The notes under the pieces were generated by a model, which was given only the letters and a program-made list of their open reading frames with translations, had not been told where the DNA came from and did no database searches. This document shows, piece by piece, positions 1 to 8,153 of a DNA stretch of 64,000 nucleotides; positions within the stretch are counted from its first letter, which is position 1, and every line of letters starts with the position of its first letter. Made by a program: the position numbers and the translations under genes. Origin of the DNA: a virus; IMG/VR virus record IMGVR_UViG_3300037346_000220, positions 47,268-111,267 of that record; one strand, 5' to 3'.

Positions 1-1
1 T

Positions 2-187
2 ATAGGAACTCAATTTGCTTTTATTCAAACTGGAACTGGAAGCATTGTCTTCTCCCCTATAGAGACTAATACAACTACAATCTTAAGCAAGAACAATAAT
101 AGGAAAACAGCATCACAGATCTCTCAGGCTATTCTGGTCAAAAAAGAAGCAGACGTCTGGATGCTGATGGGCGACCTTACTGCCTAG
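2..187 (+). CDS. 3' end of a fibre/adaptor protein (truncated by the window edge) ending in the conserved 'W...GDL' domain
   Basis: Manual translation: IGTQFAFIQTGTGSIVF...RKTASQISQAILVKKEADVWMLMGDLTA*. It matches the C-termini of 5443..7293 and 9019..10704. Confidence 0.8.
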   Translation: MGTQFAFIQTGTGSIVFSPIETNTTTILSKNNNRKTASQISQAILVKKEADVWMLMGDLTA

Positions 188-195
188 GAGGCAAG

Positions 196-1011
196 ATGAT
201 AGGCATAGGCGGAAAGTTTGCATCCTCTAAAGGAATGGTCGCAGTACCTTCAATTATAGGATTGACAGTATCCCAAGCTCACATAGCAATCCAGAATTCT
301 GGACTTGAAATTGGTACTCAGGGAAGCACTAGTGGGTCCTCAAGTCAAAACGGAAAACTAGCCTCTCAAACAACGCCTTCTGGAACTCTTGTAGATTACG
401 AAAGCACCATAGGGTTTGCTGTATACCTCTATACTGCCCCAAGCGCCCCCTCAGGACCTTACCTAGTATCTACAAACACTGGTCCTAACTGTGGTACAGT
501 TCTTGCAACAGGAATCATTTCACAAACCTGTGTGGGAAACAATTATGTAACTATTGTAGGAACTCAGAACGTAACAACGTACCGCTATAATTACTCCGAT
601 GGAACCTCCTCCTCTGGATACTCAGTTTGCTTTTCAGGACAGCAAGAATCATCAGTACCCTCTCAAGCCTGTGCTGATCAAAATGCCCCACTGCCCCCAC
701 CGCCTGTCCCCTCTAACTGTACATCATGCACCAATGGAAGCTATACTTACTCGGGATCTGATTCAGGTTGTGCCTCTGGTAACGCCTGGTACAGCGTCTG
801 TATTTTTAACTCTGGCTGCCAACCAGCCTCATCAACATCTAGAAACTGTGTCCCAGTTCCACGTCCACCAGAGCCCGTAAAATGCAAATGCACGGCTGGC
901 TGTGGGGCTACCTGGAGTGGTGCCTGCACTGGCGGCACCCAAGTCCAAGCCATAAGGTGCACAGCCTGTGACTGTAGCTCATCTGTACGAAGCTGGACCA
1001 ACCCCTGCTAG
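196..1011 (+). CDS. Putative virion tip protein with a PASTA-like N-terminal domain and a Cys/Pro-rich C-terminal region (18 Cys)
   Basis: SD aggagg upstream. VPSIIGLTVSQA...QTTPSGTLV is a PASTA-like pattern. It has poly-Pro linkers and a WSGACTGGTQ segment. Confidence 0.7.
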   Translation: MIGIGGKFASSKGMVAVPSIIGLTVSQAHIAIQNSGLEIGTQGSTSGSSSQNGKLASQTTPSGTLVDYESTIGFAVYLYTAPSAPSGPYLVSTNTGPNCGTVLATGIISQTCVGNNYVTIVGTQNVTTYRYNYSDGTSSSGYSVCFSGQQESSVPSQACADQNAPLPPPPVPSNCTSCTNGSYTYSGSDSGCASGNAWYSVCIFNSGCQPASSTSRNCVPVPRPPEPVKCKCTAGCGATWSGACTGGTQVQAIRCTACDCSSSVRSWTNPC

Positions 1012-1014
1012 ATA

Positions 1015-1023
1015 TGTTATACT
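1015..1023 (+). promoter_or_regulatory. Extended -10 promoter, leaderless start
   Basis: TGtTATACT-6 nt-ATG(1030). Confidence 0.6.
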
Positions 1024-1029
1024 CTGTAT

Positions 1030-1260
1030 ATGGGTATTAGATATTTTGCATTTGTAGTGGGAGAAGATGTTTCAACAGTCTTTGCTGTAGACGACGAGCA
1101 ATCATACAATAAAGCGGTTATCGCTGGCTTGCGCTCAGGACCCGTAATCATAGAGACAGATGAGTCTCAAGTTTCTTTAGGTTGGAAGTATCGAGATGGA
1201 GAGTTTCTTCCTCCGTTTTTAGGTGATGATGAGGGGCCAGGGTACGAGATAGATGACTAA
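1030..1260 (+). CDS. Small acidic protein, putative fibre assembly/maturation factor (paralog of 11732..11965 and of the C-half of 12700..13146)
   Basis: Shares the pattern A(F/V)V(V/I)xxxV...P.(I/F)(I/V)...G..Y..G.F. ATG lies 6 nt after TATACT. Confidence 0.65.
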   Translation: MGIRYFAFVVGEDVSTVFAVDDEQSYNKAVIAGLRSGPVIIETDESQVSLGWKYRDGEFLPPFLGDDEGPGYEIDD

Positions 1261-1504
1261 TGCCTGGGACAGGTACAAAGAAAAACTAGGAGACACCAGA
1301 CCTTGGGATCTTTTAAACCCCAACACAGTTTACGCAGACAAGTCTGTTGCCCAAGAGAGATACAGCATCTGCAAGGCCTGCCCAAAACTTTTACCAACAA
1401 AGCAATGCGACGAATGTAAGTGCTTTATGAAAGTTAAGGTTACTCTTGCAGAAGCAGAATGCCCATTACATAAATGGGGTAAGTCTAACCAGGAAACTGA
1501 TTAA
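1253..1504 (+). CDS. Small Cys-rich protein (CxxC-CxxCxC-CPxxKW; resembles DUF6171)
   Basis: RYSICKAC...QCDECKCFM...ECPLHKW; paralog of 13106..13309. Confidence 0.75.
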   Translation: MTNAWDRYKEKLGDTRPWDLLNPNTVYADKSVAQERYSICKACPKLLPTKQCDECKCFMKVKVTLAEAECPLHKWGKSNQETD

Positions 1505-2072
1505 GCATAGCCTTAGCTTTTTCGCTAGTAGTCCAAGCACTCCAGGAAGAGCCTCCGTCAGAGATTACATATGCAACTCTAGAGTTTACTTCAGGGCTAA
1601 AGAGTTCTTCATTAGTTTTAAGACCATGTTGCTTGAGTCTTGCTGGACCCATGCTCCCAATCATGTTGATCTGAAAAAGACCGTAAGAGTTGTCTCCAGT
1701 ACTTGAGTTTTGGTTATGAGCATAGAGCCTGTTTGTTGATTCAAGCTTTACTACAGCCCAAGCCATCTGCAACCCTTTACCAGAAAATCCAGCGTTCTCT
1801 AAAACTGATATAAGATCTGTGTCAGACAAGACCATCTTCTGAAAATCTTCTCTAAGCCAGGGCTGGGTTGTTTTGATAGAAACCTCTAGCCTGGAAAAAC
1901 TTCTAGATTCTGATAATACTTCTATAAGGTTCATTCTGTTGCCGACAGAAAGTGTTTGTGTGATTTCTAATTCTTTAGCAAAGGCTCGTGGGGTTTCAAT
2001 TTCGTTACACTGGCTAACACCAGTCAAAATTCCTGCGACGATACCAAGGGAAACAATGGCTTTTTTCTCCAT
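1485..2072 (-). CDS. Lysozyme-like/lytic transglycosylase cell-wall hydrolase with an N-terminal signal/anchor
   Basis: AWAVVKLES (catalytic Glu), DNSYGLFQIN and WSAW motifs, plus a hydrophobic N-terminus. It has its own TGgTATAAT 8 nt upstream on the - strand. Confidence 0.8.
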   Translation of the reverse strand: MEKKAIVSLGIVAGILTGVSQCNEIETPRAFAKELEITQTLSVGNRMNLIEVLSESRSFSRLEVSIKTTQPWLREDFQKMVLSDTDLISVLENAGFSGKGLQMAWAVVKLESTNRLYAHNQNSSTGDNSYGLFQINMIGSMGPARLKQHGLKTNEELFSPEVNSRVAYVISDGGSSWSAWTTSEKAKAMLNQFPG

Positions 2073-2150
2073 AAGATAACATTATACCAGGGTTATTGTC
2101 CTAAATCAACCTTGCGATGTAATCTTAAAGTATTATGGTATACTTTTACT

Positions 2151-2525
2151 ATGGCAACCCAAAGAGGATCAACGAACTCATACGAAGTAGGAAACACTCC
2201 ACCAAAAGTATCTTGGACGGTTGTCCGTGGTGACACGGCGTCATTTCGGGTATATGTAACTGACGACAATAAGGTTTCCTTAAACATTCCCGACTGGGAC
2301 ATAAAGATGGACATAAAAAGAGCTGGGACCTTGGTTATGTCTTTGAGCCCCTCAGCAATCTTAGGAGAGGCCCCAGGAGAGTTTACGGTTTCTCTTCTGT
2401 CCTCTCAGTCAGAAATTTTAGAAACAGGAGATGTCTTCGATATACAGCTAACTTCCAACCCAGCACTCTACGTATGGACAGTTGCAAGTGGCAGCTTAGT
2501 AATCTTTGAGGATGTAACAAAATAA
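2151..2525 (+). CDS. Virion structural/adaptor protein (BppU-N-like beta-sandwich)
   Basis: WTVVRGDT...FDIQL...WTVASG pattern. Start moved to ATG 2151, 6 nt after TGgTATACT. Confidence 0.55.
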   Translation: MATQRGSTNSYEVGNTPPKVSWTVVRGDTASFRVYVTDDNKVSLNIPDWDIKMDIKRAGTLVMSLSPSAILGEAPGEFTVSLLSSQSEILETGDVFDIQLTSNPALYVWTVASGSLVIFEDVTK

Positions 2526-2830
2526 TGGCTTCATCAGCTATTCTTAAGCAAACTCAAAAAGTTGAGATGCAAACAAAGTTCTTCCCTAAAGCCACATTCC
2601 TTTCTGGTGAGTCAACATCTCTGAAGATAACAGACCTTGTCCATAACACCGAAAAAGTCCAGTCCGCACATTTTTCAAACTCAAAAGCCTTTGCTAACGA
2701 AAGAGCAGCTTTAGTATCTGAAAGACTCCCATTTCGGGTGAGAATAACCAATTTGGGAGTGGCTTATGGCCCCAGCCACCCTGCTCCCATTGGAATTGCC
2801 ATACTGGGTTTGAACAACTATATACTTTAA
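2525..2830 (+). CDS. Hypothetical virion-associated protein
   Basis: Translationally coupled (TAATG) to the upstream gene; ends APIGIAILGLNNYIL. Confidence 0.6.
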   Translation: MASSAILKQTQKVEMQTKFFPKATFLSGESTSLKITDLVHNTEKVQSAHFSNSKAFANERAALVSERLPFRVRITNLGVAYGPSHPAPIGIAILGLNNYIL

Positions 2831-2862
2831 AAACTTTAAAAAATACCCCCTATAATGTATAT

Positions 2863-3309
2863 ATGGCTAGAGTATCAATCCCTTATGTAAAGACCAGGTT
2901 CGAGACTGGCGACCGCCCAGAACAGGCGGACTATCAAGACCTGATAGACACAGCAGCAGGCCAGGCAACTGATCTGGGAACCGCTGGAAACAACGAGAAC
3001 ACTATTGCTGGTATTGAAAACATCACGGTAATTGACAGCTTTGACGCTAGTCAGTGGAGACTTGTTAAGTACTTGGTTTCAATCTCAAAGACTTCATTCG
3101 GAGACAATAAGTTTTACGCAACAGAACTTTCCATACTGGTAGACGGCACAGATATATCTGTCACAGAGTACGGAGTAATAGACAATGATGGGAATATGGG
3201 CACCATCGATGTTTCTAGAACTGGAGATACCGTTGCATTGACGGTGACCCCTGATTCAGTAATCAAGCCAGTGACCGTGCGATTTGCTCGCATGGGTCTC
3301 AAGGCCTAA
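2863..3309 (+). CDS. Fibre-associated adaptor protein ('TEYG' domain)
   Basis: WRLVKYLVSIS...ISVTEYGVI aligns with the C-terminal domain of 3327..4883 (YRTAEFVVKS...ISITEYGVV). Confidence 0.65.
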   Translation: MARVSIPYVKTRFETGDRPEQADYQDLIDTAAGQATDLGTAGNNENTIAGIENITVIDSFDASQWRLVKYLVSISKTSFGDNKFYATELSILVDGTDISVTEYGVIDNDGNMGTIDVSRTGDTVALTVTPDSVIKPVTVRFARMGLKA

Positions 3310-3326
3310 CTAGGAGATTAAAAAAA

Positions 3327-4883
3327 ATGGCAACAGTTAATAAAGATTTCAAGGTAAAAGCTGGCTTAGTCGTTGAGGGTGCCTCAGGTACCATTAATGG
3401 CTATAGCGTACTAACAGAGGCTCAGGCCAGCATAGACTTCATCGTAAACACTATTGGGGGAACAGCTACATCAACATCGACTCCAAATACTGTAGTGAAG
3501 CGTGACGAGAACTCAGACTTTTCAGCAGGAGTAATAACTGCAGACATAGTCGGAAGCCTTACTGGTGACGTAACTGGAAACTCTGATACCTCAACAGCTT
3601 TAGAGACTCCGAGGACTATCTCCGTAAGTGGCGATGCTGTCGGTTCTGTATCTTTTGATGGAACATCTGACGTATCAATTGCAATCACCTTAGACTCAGC
3701 ATTTGCTACCGATGTAGAGGTTGGTACCTCTAAGAGTGAAGCTGTAACCGAAGCTGCTTCTTACACAGACGGAGAAATTTCTACTCTAGAAGCTTCCTTG
3801 CAGTCTTATGCCGATCTAGCTCAGTCAGATGCAGAGACTTCTGCTGCCTCTTACACAGACGCTCGTGAATCAGCTATTACCTCTGCATACCAAAGCTACA
3901 CAGATACAGCAGAAGCTGATGCAAACACATATGCAGACTCTGCAATCGCAGCTCTAATCGGAGGAGCCCCAGAGCTTCTAGACACTCTTAATGAACTAGC
4001 AGAGGCTATTGCCGATGACCAAAACTTCTCAGCAACAGTAGTTAACGACATTGCAGCAGGTCTTGTAACAGCTAAGGACTACACAGACACCCGTGAAGGT
4101 CTTATCACTACAGCCTACCAGGGTTATGCAGACACTGCTGAAGCCGATGCGATCTCTACCGCAGCTTCAGATGCAACTGCTAAAGCCGACACAGCAGAGT
4201 CAGAAGCAAATAGCTACACTGACACCGAAATTGCCACAGAGGTTAGCAGTCGTAACACAGCTATTACTACAGCTGTTGACGCCCTAGATACAGACGCTAT
4301 AGAGGAAGGTTCTTCAAACTTCTATTTCACTGATGAAAGAGCTCAGGATGCTGTCGCAGCCTCCATTGCTGCTGGTTCACACCAAAACATTACTGTGACT
4401 TACGATGATGCTCTTGGCTCTCTAACTCTTGTTGCAGAAAACGGAGTAGCAGATTCTGACACGGACGATTTGGTAGAAGGTTCCACAAACTTGTACTTCT
4501 CAAGTGCACGTGCGGTGGCAGCTCTGGAAGCAGTAGTCCCTAACTTTACAGAGGTAGACCTTAACTCAGTTGCAACTCAAGTAGCTGCTACTCAAACAGT
4601 CTCTACCGCAAGTCAAGTCGTAGGATATTCCTTTAGCGGTACTTCCTACAGGACAGCAGAATTTGTAGTAAAATCTGCTTCAGGTGTGCACACAGAAGTT
4701 TCAAAGGTTCTTTTAACTTTGGACACAGCAAACAATATTTCCATTACCGAGTACGGAGTAGTAGGAACTAATGGTTCTCTATCAACTCTTTCTGCAGGTA
4801 TGGATGGGAACACGGTTCAGCTACTAGTTACAACCCTTAACAACGGCACAGATGTTACAGTTGTTGGTACACTAGTAGTATAG
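3327..4883 (+). CDS. Fibre shaft protein
   Basis: Acidic Ala/Thr-rich helical repeats (AxxYTD), an APELLDTLNELA motif, two EGSxNxYF repeats and a C-terminal TEYG domain. SD aggag. Confidence 0.75.
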   Translation: MATVNKDFKVKAGLVVEGASGTINGYSVLTEAQASIDFIVNTIGGTATSTSTPNTVVKRDENSDFSAGVITADIVGSLTGDVTGNSDTSTALETPRTISVSGDAVGSVSFDGTSDVSIAITLDSAFATDVEVGTSKSEAVTEAASYTDGEISTLEASLQSYADLAQSDAETSAASYTDARESAITSAYQSYTDTAEADANTYADSAIAALIGGAPELLDTLNELAEAIADDQNFSATVVNDIAAGLVTAKDYTDTREGLITTAYQGYADTAEADAISTAASDATAKADTAESEANSYTDTEIATEVSSRNTAITTAVDALDTDAIEEGSSNFYFTDERAQDAVAASIAAGSHQNITVTYDDALGSLTLVAENGVADSDTDDLVEGSTNLYFSSARAVAALEAVVPNFTEVDLNSVATQVAATQTVSTASQVVGYSFSGTSYRTAEFVVKSASGVHTEVSKVLLTLDTANNISITEYGVVGTNGSLSTLSAGMDGNTVQLLVTTLNNGTDVTVVGTLVV

Positions 4884-4918
4884 TTTCATACAACAATAGA
4901 GGCAGGAGGAAGCAATAG

Positions 4919-5377
4919 ATGGCGCTAAGCGAAAAAGACTTTAAGGTCAAAAATGGAATCCAGGTATCTGGAGACGCTGTAATTGGTGGAACTATAACCG
5001 CAGCATCTCCAACATTGGGCAGCCATGTTGTAACTTTGGAATATTTTACAGAGAATGCAAACTCTGGCTTTAAGGCACAATCTGTTGCTCCTGTTTCCCC
5101 TACTGATGGAGACCACTACTTCGACACTGCTACCCAGAGACTAAACGTTTTTTACGATGGCTCCTGGATAACTATGGCCTCAGTAGAAGATACCCAGAAT
5201 ATCCCACAACACATTCACGACACTTCGATTGACGGTTCTGGGCTAATAGTTTCAAGATTTACAGATGCAGCATCCCCCACCAGTCCACAGGGAGCACCAG
5301 TGGATGGCGGAGGAGTTTCAACCACATCATGGGATTCAGTACTTGACGGTGGCTCAGTTTTAGATAACTTCAATTAG
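4919..5377 (+). CDS. Fibre linker protein
   Basis: N-terminal KDFKVKxG shared with 3327, a PxSPxxGDxYFD motif, and C-terminal tandem DGG motifs. Confidence 0.65.
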   Translation: MALSEKDFKVKNGIQVSGDAVIGGTITAASPTLGSHVVTLEYFTENANSGFKAQSVAPVSPTDGDHYFDTATQRLNVFYDGSWITMASVEDTQNIPQHIHDTSIDGSGLIVSRFTDAASPTSPQGAPVDGGGVSTTSWDSVLDGGSVLDNFN

Positions 5378-5388
5378 CCTAAAAAAGT

Positions 5389-5397
5389 TGGTATAAT
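5389..5397 (+). promoter_or_regulatory. Extended -10 promoter for the fibre at 5443
   Basis: Intergenic TGgTATAAT. Confidence 0.6.
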
Positions 5398-5442
5398 AGT
5401 AAAAGGCTTAAACGTGACACCCTAAAAGTAGGAGAATGGACT

Positions 5443-7293
5443 ATGGCAACAAGGATGCAACAGAGGCGTGGTACCGCAGCAGAGTGGACCAGCATTAACC
5501 CAGTTTTAGCTGGCGGAGAGATCGGCTATGAGTCAGACACTGGCCGTTTCAAAATGGGCGATGGAACAAACAATTGGGAGAACCTGTACACTTACGGCTC
5601 TATAGACTCAATTCTTGACGCAGCCCCAGAAACTCTTAATACTCTAAATGAGCTGGCAGCAGCTATAAATGACGACCCCAGCTTCTACACAAATGTCGGT
5701 CTAGCAGTCTCAACCGCAAAGACCGAAGCTATATCTGAAGCAGGAACATATGCAGACCTCCTTATTGGAGATGGAACTGTCGACGGAACATCTGGAAATA
5801 CAGTAACAGCCAGAATTCAATCTGCGATCAGTGACCTTGTTGGTGATGCACCTGGAGCACTAGACACTCTAAACGAGCTCGCAGCAGCACTTGGCGATGA
5901 CTCAAACTATGCAGCAACCATAACACAGATTGTCTCTAACATCCAGCAAAGCGTAATTGACGCAACAACGTCTCTTAACGAAGGTATAGCCCTTGCCAGA
6001 ACAGATCTGGGAGCAGATATTGACTCTGGAATCGCAGATGAAGTAACAAACAGAGACAGTGCAATCTCAGCAGCTGTAGACCTGGAGGCAACTGCCAGAG
6101 GCTTAGCCATCGCAGCAGATAGCTCAGACACCCTAGATGCGTACACTTTGGCAGTAGCTGCCGAGGCAACGGCTAGAGAAGCAGCAATCACCGACCTAGG
6201 CACAACGATAACTACAGCATATCAGGACTACGCCGATACAGCCGAATCTGATGCAATTGCGACCTCTTCGACAGACGCAAGCAGCAAAGCAGATGACGCA
6301 CAATCAGCTGCAGAGCTAACAGCTTCAATAGCTTTGACGTCTCACAATGACGCTACTACGTCTGTGCACGGTATTGCAGACACCTCGGTGCTTGCCACAA
6401 AAACAGACGTGAGTACGGCACAGACAAATGCTGAGAGTTATGCAGATGGCCTTTCAGGTAACTATGATGCAGTAGGTTCAGCTTCTACAGCTCAGGATGC
6501 AGCAGAGTCTACTGCAGCCTTAGCTCTGACAGCGCATAATGACGATACTACCTCGGTGCACGGAATTGTGGATACCTCAAAACTAGTTCTTACAGAGGCT
6601 GCAAGTCAGACAATCACTGGAGACTTTATTGTTACTGGAGATCTGACTGTTTCGGGAACGACAACCACAATCGATACTGCAAATTTTGAAACAACTGACC
6701 CTTTGATTGCACTTGGAGAAGGAAACGTTACAAATGCAGTTGACCTTGGTTTTGTCTCAACATTCAATGACGGAGTCCAGCAAATAACTGGTTTCGCCAG
6801 AGATGCGTCCTCTGATACTTGGAAGTTGTTTAAGGGAGTTACTGACGTTCCAACTACAACTATTAACTTCGCCCAGGGATCCTTGGATGACCTATCAGTT
6901 AAAGATTTGTCTGCTGCTGTCGTAAATGCTGCTTCTGTGGTATTTGCAGACGGAACAACTCAAACTGTAGCAGCAGTGCCTTCCCTGACAGTATTCTCAG
7001 AAAAGACTGCTAGTTACACTCTAGACACCATCGACCACAAGGACAACTTGGTTGAGGTAAACTCTGGTAGTGCAACTACATTTACTATCCCAACGAACGC
7101 CTCTTTGGCCTGGCCAGTAGGAGCTTCAATGGATATTCTTCAGACTGGCTCTGGTCAGGTAACTATTTCCCCAGCAAGCGGAGTAACTCTAAACTTTACT
7201 CCTGGAAATAAGTTACGCACTCAGTGGTCATCTGCTACAATACTTAAAAGGTCTGCAGACTCATGGGTTGTCTACGGCGACCTAACAGCTTAA
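5443..7293 (+). CDS. Fibre protein with an Mtd_N-like N-terminal domain and a C-terminal 'W...GDL' domain
   Basis: MQQRRGTAAEW...LAGGEIGYESDTGRFKMGDG (Mtd_N-like), two APxxLxTLNELA motifs and two HNDxTTSVHGIxDTS repeats; ends WVVYGDLTA. Confidence 0.8.
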   Translation: MATRMQQRRGTAAEWTSINPVLAGGEIGYESDTGRFKMGDGTNNWENLYTYGSIDSILDAAPETLNTLNELAAAINDDPSFYTNVGLAVSTAKTEAISEAGTYADLLIGDGTVDGTSGNTVTARIQSAISDLVGDAPGALDTLNELAAALGDDSNYAATITQIVSNIQQSVIDATTSLNEGIALARTDLGADIDSGIADEVTNRDSAISAAVDLEATARGLAIAADSSDTLDAYTLAVAAEATAREAAITDLGTTITTAYQDYADTAESDAIATSSTDASSKADDAQSAAELTASIALTSHNDATTSVHGIADTSVLATKTDVSTAQTNAESYADGLSGNYDAVGSASTAQDAAESTAALALTAHNDDTTSVHGIVDTSKLVLTEAASQTITGDFIVTGDLTVSGTTTTIDTANFETTDPLIALGEGNVTNAVDLGFVSTFNDGVQQITGFARDASSDTWKLFKGVTDVPTTTINFAQGSLDDLSVKDLSAAVVNAASVVFADGTTQTVAAVPSLTVFSEKTASYTLDTIDHKDNLVEVNSGSATTFTIPTNASLAWPVGASMDILQTGSGQVTISPASGVTLNFTPGNKLRTQWSSATILKRSADSWVVYGDLTA

Positions 7294-7315
7294 TAACTAG
7301 GAGAAGAGAAAAGAC

Positions 7316-8107
7316 ATGGCAAAAAAAGAAGCAGGCGGTAGGTCAGCATCACAGAATGACTTCCTGGAGCCACTAACACCAGTAAGCGTAACAGCTTCCA
7401 ATGTCGGCACAAGCCGAGTATACAACGACGGAGCTGCCACAGTTTCATTTTCACTTCCAGCTAACTCACCAGCTGCAACTTCTTATTTAGTTACAGCCTC
7501 TACTGGACAAACGGGGACTGGATCTTCATCTCCAGTAACGGTAGAAGGGCTGGGTTCTTCCAGCACTCCAACTTTTACAGTTGTAGCTTCTAACGCATCT
7601 GGCGACTCAGGTTCCTCATCCGCTACAACGGCTATTACAATAACCACAGTTCCAGCAACCATGGCAGCACCATCCGTTAGCACTCCAACTCCTTCATCAA
7701 GCACAAACCAAACAGGAACATCTACAGACTCAGTATCCTGGAGTGCACCAAACAATGGTGGATCCTCAATAACCACTTATCGCTGGACATCCTCTGATGG
7801 AAAGACGGGGACAGAAGCTGGAACATCTGTGTCAGTAAGCCAAGAGGGTGGCTCTGCTCAAACATATTCTGTTCGTGCAGAGAACTCTAACGGATCTGGA
7901 TCTTACTCAAACAACTCTTCAAGCATAACCACTTTTGGATTTACTCCATTTAGTTTTGCTCCTTTTGGGTTTACACCATTTAGCTTTACTCCATTTAGCT
8001 TTACCCCCTTTGGAGCTTTTGGGTTTACCCCCTTTGGAGCTTTTGGGTTTACCCCGTTTAACTTTGCTCCTTTCGGATTCGCTCCATTTAACTTTTCACC
8101 CAGGTAA
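7316..8107 (+). CDS. Putative tip protein with two fibronectin-III-like domains and a 57-aa F-x-P-F repeat tail
   Basis: VSWSAPNNGGSSITTY...YSVRAENSNGSG is an Fn3 signature. The C-terminal tail has ten F[TAS]P motifs. Confidence 0.8.
   Translation: MAKKEAGGRSASQNDFLEPLTPVSVTASNVGTSRVYNDGAATVSFSLPANSPAATSYLVTASTGQTGTGSSSPVTVEGLGSSSTPTFTVVASNASGDSGSSSATTAITITTVPATMAAPSVSTPTPSSSTNQTGTSTDSVSWSAPNNGGSSITTYRWTSSDGKTGTEAGTSVSVSQEGGSAQTYSVRAENSNGSGSYSNNSSSITTFGFTPFSFAPFGFTPFSFTPFSFTPFGAFGFTPFGAFGFTPFNFAPFGFAPFNFSPR
7934..8104 (+). repeat. Coding tandem repeat with a 15-nt unit (F-[T/A/S]-P-F-[S/G/N]), including an exact 24-nt duplication
   Basis: Units such as tttactccatttagc vary at synonymous positions. 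tttaccccctttggagcttttggg occurs at 8000-8023 and 8024-8047. Confidence 0.95.
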
Positions 8108-8118
8108 TTCCACCTGTG

Positions 8119-8127
8119 TGATATAAT
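8119..8127 (+). promoter_or_regulatory. Extended -10 promoter for the oxygenase at 8154
   Basis: Intergenic TGTGaTATAAT. Confidence 0.6.
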
Positions 8128-8153
8128 TATTAAATAGAGAAGGGGTCTTACCG

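Noticed and set aside
7934-8104. Tandem repeat considered as a CRISPR array or non-coding repeat
   Set aside because: There are no unique spacers. The 15/24-nt units are in frame and vary at synonymous positions, so this is a coding repeat.
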